IMG/VR virus record: IMGVR_UViG_3300044708_000049
Location: 1 to 52,832 of that record
Source: a virus
Lineage: Duplodnaviria > Caudoviricetes
Strand: one strand, 5' to 3'
Length of the DNA stretch: 52,832 nt
Below are positions 48,531 through 52,832 of this stretch, piece after piece. Numbering within the stretch: position 1 is the first letter of the stretch; each line of letters opens with the position of its first letter. Below the pieces are notes generated by a model. The model had not been told where the DNA came from, did not search any database, and was given only the letters and a program-made list of their open reading frames with translations. A program made the translations under genes and the position numbers.

Positions 48531-49462
48531 ATGACGATATATACAATCGGAACATACAAACGTGAGTGTTACGGACACGGCGATTACGGAATTGAATTGA
48601 CGATTCGCCAGAATGGGAAGAATGAAACTTTCCATCCTGTCTTTAAGAGTAAAGAGGCAGCCAAAGACTATCTCGATACAATCGAGTATAACAGTGAAAT
48701 GGCGATTGTTCCGTTGGAATTGTTGTCATAACACATCATCTGAAATCAAACCACTATGACTAAGAAAGCATTCAAACAATTCCAATCCAAAGTTCAGAAA
48801 TCTCGACAACATCCTTCGTTCGATACTTGTCCTGTGGCGGCTACTCTTACCGGCCCTTGTTCGGTAATTGAAATTATCGTCGCTGACGCTGTGGATAAAT
48901 CAGGCATCCCTATGGATTGGGGTTACATGGATGGATACGCCACCGTTCGTTGTAAGGGTAACGTGAAGAAAGCCCGAAGCGCTTTGTATTGTTCCCTACC
49001 TCAATCCGAATTGACCATAAGGGATTTATGAAATGGCCCTTTAACCCATTCCGATTTTTGCCCGGCGTCTGTGATGTAAACGTGGAACCTGTTCTTGAGG
49101 CAATGACTCAAGTTGAGGAAGTTCCAGCGCCCCAAAAGACAATTGGTGAACAGATTTTACACGACCTGAATACTCTCAACGGTTGGACCTGTGAATCTGA
49201 TTGGAGTAATGTTTGGAAAAGGTTTTCTTATCTGTTCCAACATAATAAGGTAAACTATCAACTCATGTCTTACTCAGGCAATAGTGGTAGTCTTTATGTT
49301 TTGGGTGTGAATACATCGGATATTTTTTCACCAAAGGAAAAATCTGCCATCCTCGAAAAACTTGAACTAATCCGAAGTGAACTTAGAGCAGCAGAAAGGA
49401 AATTGGAAAAGGAAAAGGAAGACCTAAAACTCCGAAACCTTTTTCCCAATTGTAAAATATGA
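48531..49462 (+). other. hypothetical genes 48531-48731, 48756-49031, 49028-49462
   Basis: ORFs after promoter. Confidence 0.65.
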
Positions 49463-49752
49463 AAAAAATTCTGTTCATCCTATCTCTGGCCGTTGTGTTG
49501 ACGGGTTGTGGACATCCTTACATTCGATTGAATCCGAATCAAGTTAACATCACAGAAAAAACACAAAATTCATTTCAGAGGGAACATCACGTTGCTGAAT
49601 ACACCATTGAAATCGTTAATGGCAACAATGCCTTTCCAAGTTATTTTACATTTTGTATGCCTGACGACTTTGGTAACGCTGGTGACACAGTTCAGTTCAC
49701 CAATCACACGATGGTAGCCATCCCAAAATCAACAGAATTGGAGAAACGATGA
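49459..49752 (+). CDS. putative lipoprotein
   Basis: MKKILFILSLAVVLTG-C lipobox. Confidence 0.75.
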   Translation: MKKILFILSLAVVLTGCGHPYIRLNPNQVNITEKTQNSFQREHHVAEYTIEIVNGNNAFPSYFTFCMPDDFGNAGDTVQFTNHTMVAIPKSTELEKR

Positions 49753-51374
49753 AACATATCACATGTAGCGCCTGTAACGCTCCGATGAAAACGGCGAAAG
49801 ACAGCCATAGTTGTTATCTCGATTGGAAATTGCCTGATACAGAAGAACACGAAGGTAGAACCTTACACGCCAATGTAGGTGTTAAATTCTATGTCACGGC
49901 CTCTGTCGCTAAGTTAGATGATGTTGAGGAAGACACAGACATTTGTGATGCCTGTATCATCAAATATCTCCCAAAAGAGATAACCGACTGGTTCAGAAAA
50001 GGATTGGAAGCGACGGCTGCCGAACGACGAAGACAAGGATTAACGTGAAAGATCTAATCGAAGACCTTACCGAAGCCATTACCGATTCGCCTCTACTTAC
50101 TATGAAAGTTGATTCATTCAGACGTTGTTACGGAAACAATCTCGAAGGCAAATGGGATTGGAGTGTTCCTGTATGGTTCGGTAAAGGTATATTCGCTGAC
50201 TTGGTTCTCACAAGCAGAAAGAAATTTGACACTAAACAAGAATGTCTTGATGACATGGAACGAGTCATCAAGAAAATGAAACTTACCACAAAGAAACACA
50301 CATGAAAACAGTTCAACTAACAGACAGTGAATGGAAGACCATTCTTTATTTTTTGGAAGAGTTAAGCGACCACCAATCCAACGCTGGATGTAACGACCTG
50401 CCTCGGCATATCTCAGACATTTTCTCCAAAGCGGAAGGGAAACAATTAGAGAAGGAATACGCCGAACGTAACAACCCCGAGAGTCCCGAAGGTCCGGATT
50501 GGCCATTGCCGGATTTCTGTCTGGTCAGTCTCTTACAACACAAAATCGAGAAACAACTCAAGGCTTAAATGAACACCAATCAAAGCAAATGGAGTGTCAA
50601 AGTTGACATTCACAATAAATCGGTCACAGTAGCAAAAACTCAACCACCAGAACCAATTTTGGTGGAACGGACGGAGATGCCAGCGCCGACTCCAAAGGAA
50701 CCGATTCACTATGGAGACATTTGCCTTGTGTTGATAATTCTCACCGTGATTGTCTGTGGAGTCATCAGTCTCTTTCGGGCATTCTCAAAGAAATCATCCA
50801 CGTCAACGAACTGGGATAAGTTGATTTGGCCACTCGTCTGCCTGTTTGCCATCTGTTCATTTTGGAAAAAGAAATGATGACGTTCATCAAAAAACTATGA
50901 AAAACGTTGACCCCAATGGACCTTGCCCGATGGAATATTGGGCTGCAATTGAATGGCAGGCTATTCGAAATGGGAAACCTCCCGTGATTATGAATGGTGT
51001 GTATAACATACCAACGGATTACCACGAACGAATGAAACAAGAGAAGAAATATGAAAACCTACAACGAAAAACTCATGTGTGTTGAAGAGGCGATGAAGAC
51101 CAATTCCGCCGAGGCAATTCTAAAATCAATCGGCATTCATCCACACCACGACCCTGCTGACATTCTCGAATGGGTTGCGGAACATGTGACTGGGTTTGCT
51201 CCTTTGTTGAATTCTGCTGATTTGGAATATATCGGCAAAGACGGTCATGACTACCGAATCACTTGGTTGTCAAAAGCCGCCAATCCATCTTTGCTTGACT
51301 GTTTGATTGGATGTGTTACATTAGCCCAAGGTCAAGAAAAGGCCAAAGAACAATTAACACATGACCATAACTGA
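49749..51374 (+). other. hypothetical genes 49749-50048, 50045-50305, 50302-50568, 50569-50877 (TM), ~50897-51085, 51051-51374
   Basis: Overlapping ORFs. Confidence 0.65.
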
Positions 51375-51491
51375 AAAAGCAATTTGTATGGTGTTAGGTC
51401 AACGAATGTCCACGAAGGATTTGATTGACTTGGTTTACATTTACGGAACAACAGAAATCATCATTTGGATGACCATCGGAAAACTTTATTT

Positions 51492-51782
51492 ATGAAAAAA
51501 TACCTCTCATTACTACCACTTTTGTTATTACTTGTCGGTTGTGAACCCGAACCACCAAGGGTTGTCGAAACCCTCTTGTTACAAGACATACAGGTTAACG
51601 GAAAGTCACTCTCTCGTATTCAGGTTGACAGTGGATTCGGCAATCATCACTACATTTATTATTTCCACGACCCGGTGGCTGAACAACCAATCACTGTAAA
51701 TTATCGACAGGGGAAAACTTCCGTTGTTGTCGTGTTAGTCGATGGCAAGCCTGTGTCAACCAATCAAATTAAAATGCCATGA
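51492..51782 (+). CDS. putative lipoprotein
   Basis: MKKYLSLLPLLLLLVG-C lipobox. Confidence 0.72.
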   Translation: MKKYLSLLPLLLLLVGCEPEPPRVVETLLLQDIQVNGKSLSRIQVDSGFGNHHYIYYFHDPVAEQPITVNYRQGKTSVVVVLVDGKPVSTNQIKMP

Positions 51783-52826
51783 CATTCTCCATTCTCCTTT
51801 ACTTGATTGGCGCCTTCATCATGGCATGTGTCTGTCTGTTCTTCATCTGTCTTGGTGGAAAGAATCCAGCATTTCATGAATTGGTGTTGGCCCTTGTCCT
51901 TGTCGTCTTTTGGCCCGTCGTTGGAATTTATCTCTGTCTCAAGGTCATATTCGCTTGGATGTTACGTTCAAAAACATAATGAAAATCAATAGAATAGTCA
52001 TACACTTGGCTCGATTCGGGCCCGACCATGTTACACTCCACACAGATTTGCCTAGCCCAGTACCCGTTCTGACAACTCAACCTATGTCATGTAGTTTCTA
52101 CGTCGCTTGGGGAGAAGGAATCGAATACGTCAAGAAGCATTTCAAATATAACGTTCCAACTAATGAGTCGTATGAAGAAATTCTACCACCAATCACTGTG
52201 ATTGATGAAAGAGGCGAACAGATTGTTACATACAATCTGGGATACAACGGAAACCGTATCGAACCAACTCCAACAAAATGTTGTGGCGGTCAGTGTGGAT
52301 GTAAGTAATGAATTACTTTGCTAGAGAATTCAGATTATATCACAGGCTAAGACGGATGGTGTTCGACAGTATTCCTCCTGAACACCACGATAAATTTGAC
52401 TCCTATTTCGAAGAGATGTCGTCATCTATCCAAGCGGGTAAATTATCCTACATGGAAATCCATAAGGTCATGGATAACTATAACCGCTATATCAGTCAAC
52501 GAGAACGTAAATCCATCCATATCAAATCCTTCCTCACTCTACGGCGTGACCGCCATGAATGTCAGCATTGACAATAAAGTGGTTTTCGATTACACTATCT
52601 GTCAATCGAACTATATTTAATGGTAATGAATGACAAACCTGATAAAAAATTAACGGCTACGGAAAAGGAAGCAATCGCCAGAGAAGTTTACTCCTACGAG
52701 AAATCTCACGATGGCGTTCCGGAGAATGCTCCTTCGTATGAACAACTCTCTGACACTGACAAGAAAGTTTGGCTTGTGGTTGCGGAGTGGTATGCCCTCA
52801 AACTTTGGCTTAACTCCCAACAGTAA
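51779..52826 (+). other. hypothetical genes 51779-51979 (two-TM), 51979-52308, 52308-52571, 52620-52826
   Basis: Contiguous ORFs. Confidence 0.62.
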
Positions 52827-52832
52827 ATCGTT

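Larger units (their letters stand above)
1..52832 (+). mobile_element. Segment of a large dsDNA bacteriophage genome (early/accessory region)
   Basis: Dense, mostly co-oriented small ORFs with ATGA overlaps; phage-typical RNA ligases, NAMPT, dCMP deaminase and tRNAs; repeated strong promoters; no bacterial housekeeping operons. Confidence 0.92.

Overview
This window is a fragment of a large (probably jumbo) dsDNA phage genome in standard code 11. It is densely packed, mostly on the + strand, with many ATGA-overlapping small ORFs; no capsid or replication core genes are visible, so it looks like an early/accessory region. Recognisable content: (1) an NAD/ADP-ribose set, with an NMNAT-Nudix + Nudix + NAMPT salvage operon behind an NrtR-box-like palindrome, a WGR-helical-ART PARP, two NDT-like proteins and an OGFr-like protein; (2) an RNA heal/seal/modify set, with three RNA ligases (one apparently starting at ATC), a kinase-HAD, two more HADs, a metallophosphoesterase and two SpoU methyltransferases; (3) CoaD-like, QueC-like, dCMP deaminase, ClpP (PVC-type by impression), a trypsin-like protease, two LamG-like paralogues and a resolvase plus HNH-like islet. 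RNA genes are a canonical tRNA-Arg(TCT) and an adjacent tRNA-Arg(CCT)-like RNA with no D-arm and a long, structured variable region. About 15 sigma70-like promoters recur, mostly with 16-bp spacers and many apparently leaderless. GATC is strongly depleted. All family calls come from motif recognition by eye, not database searches.
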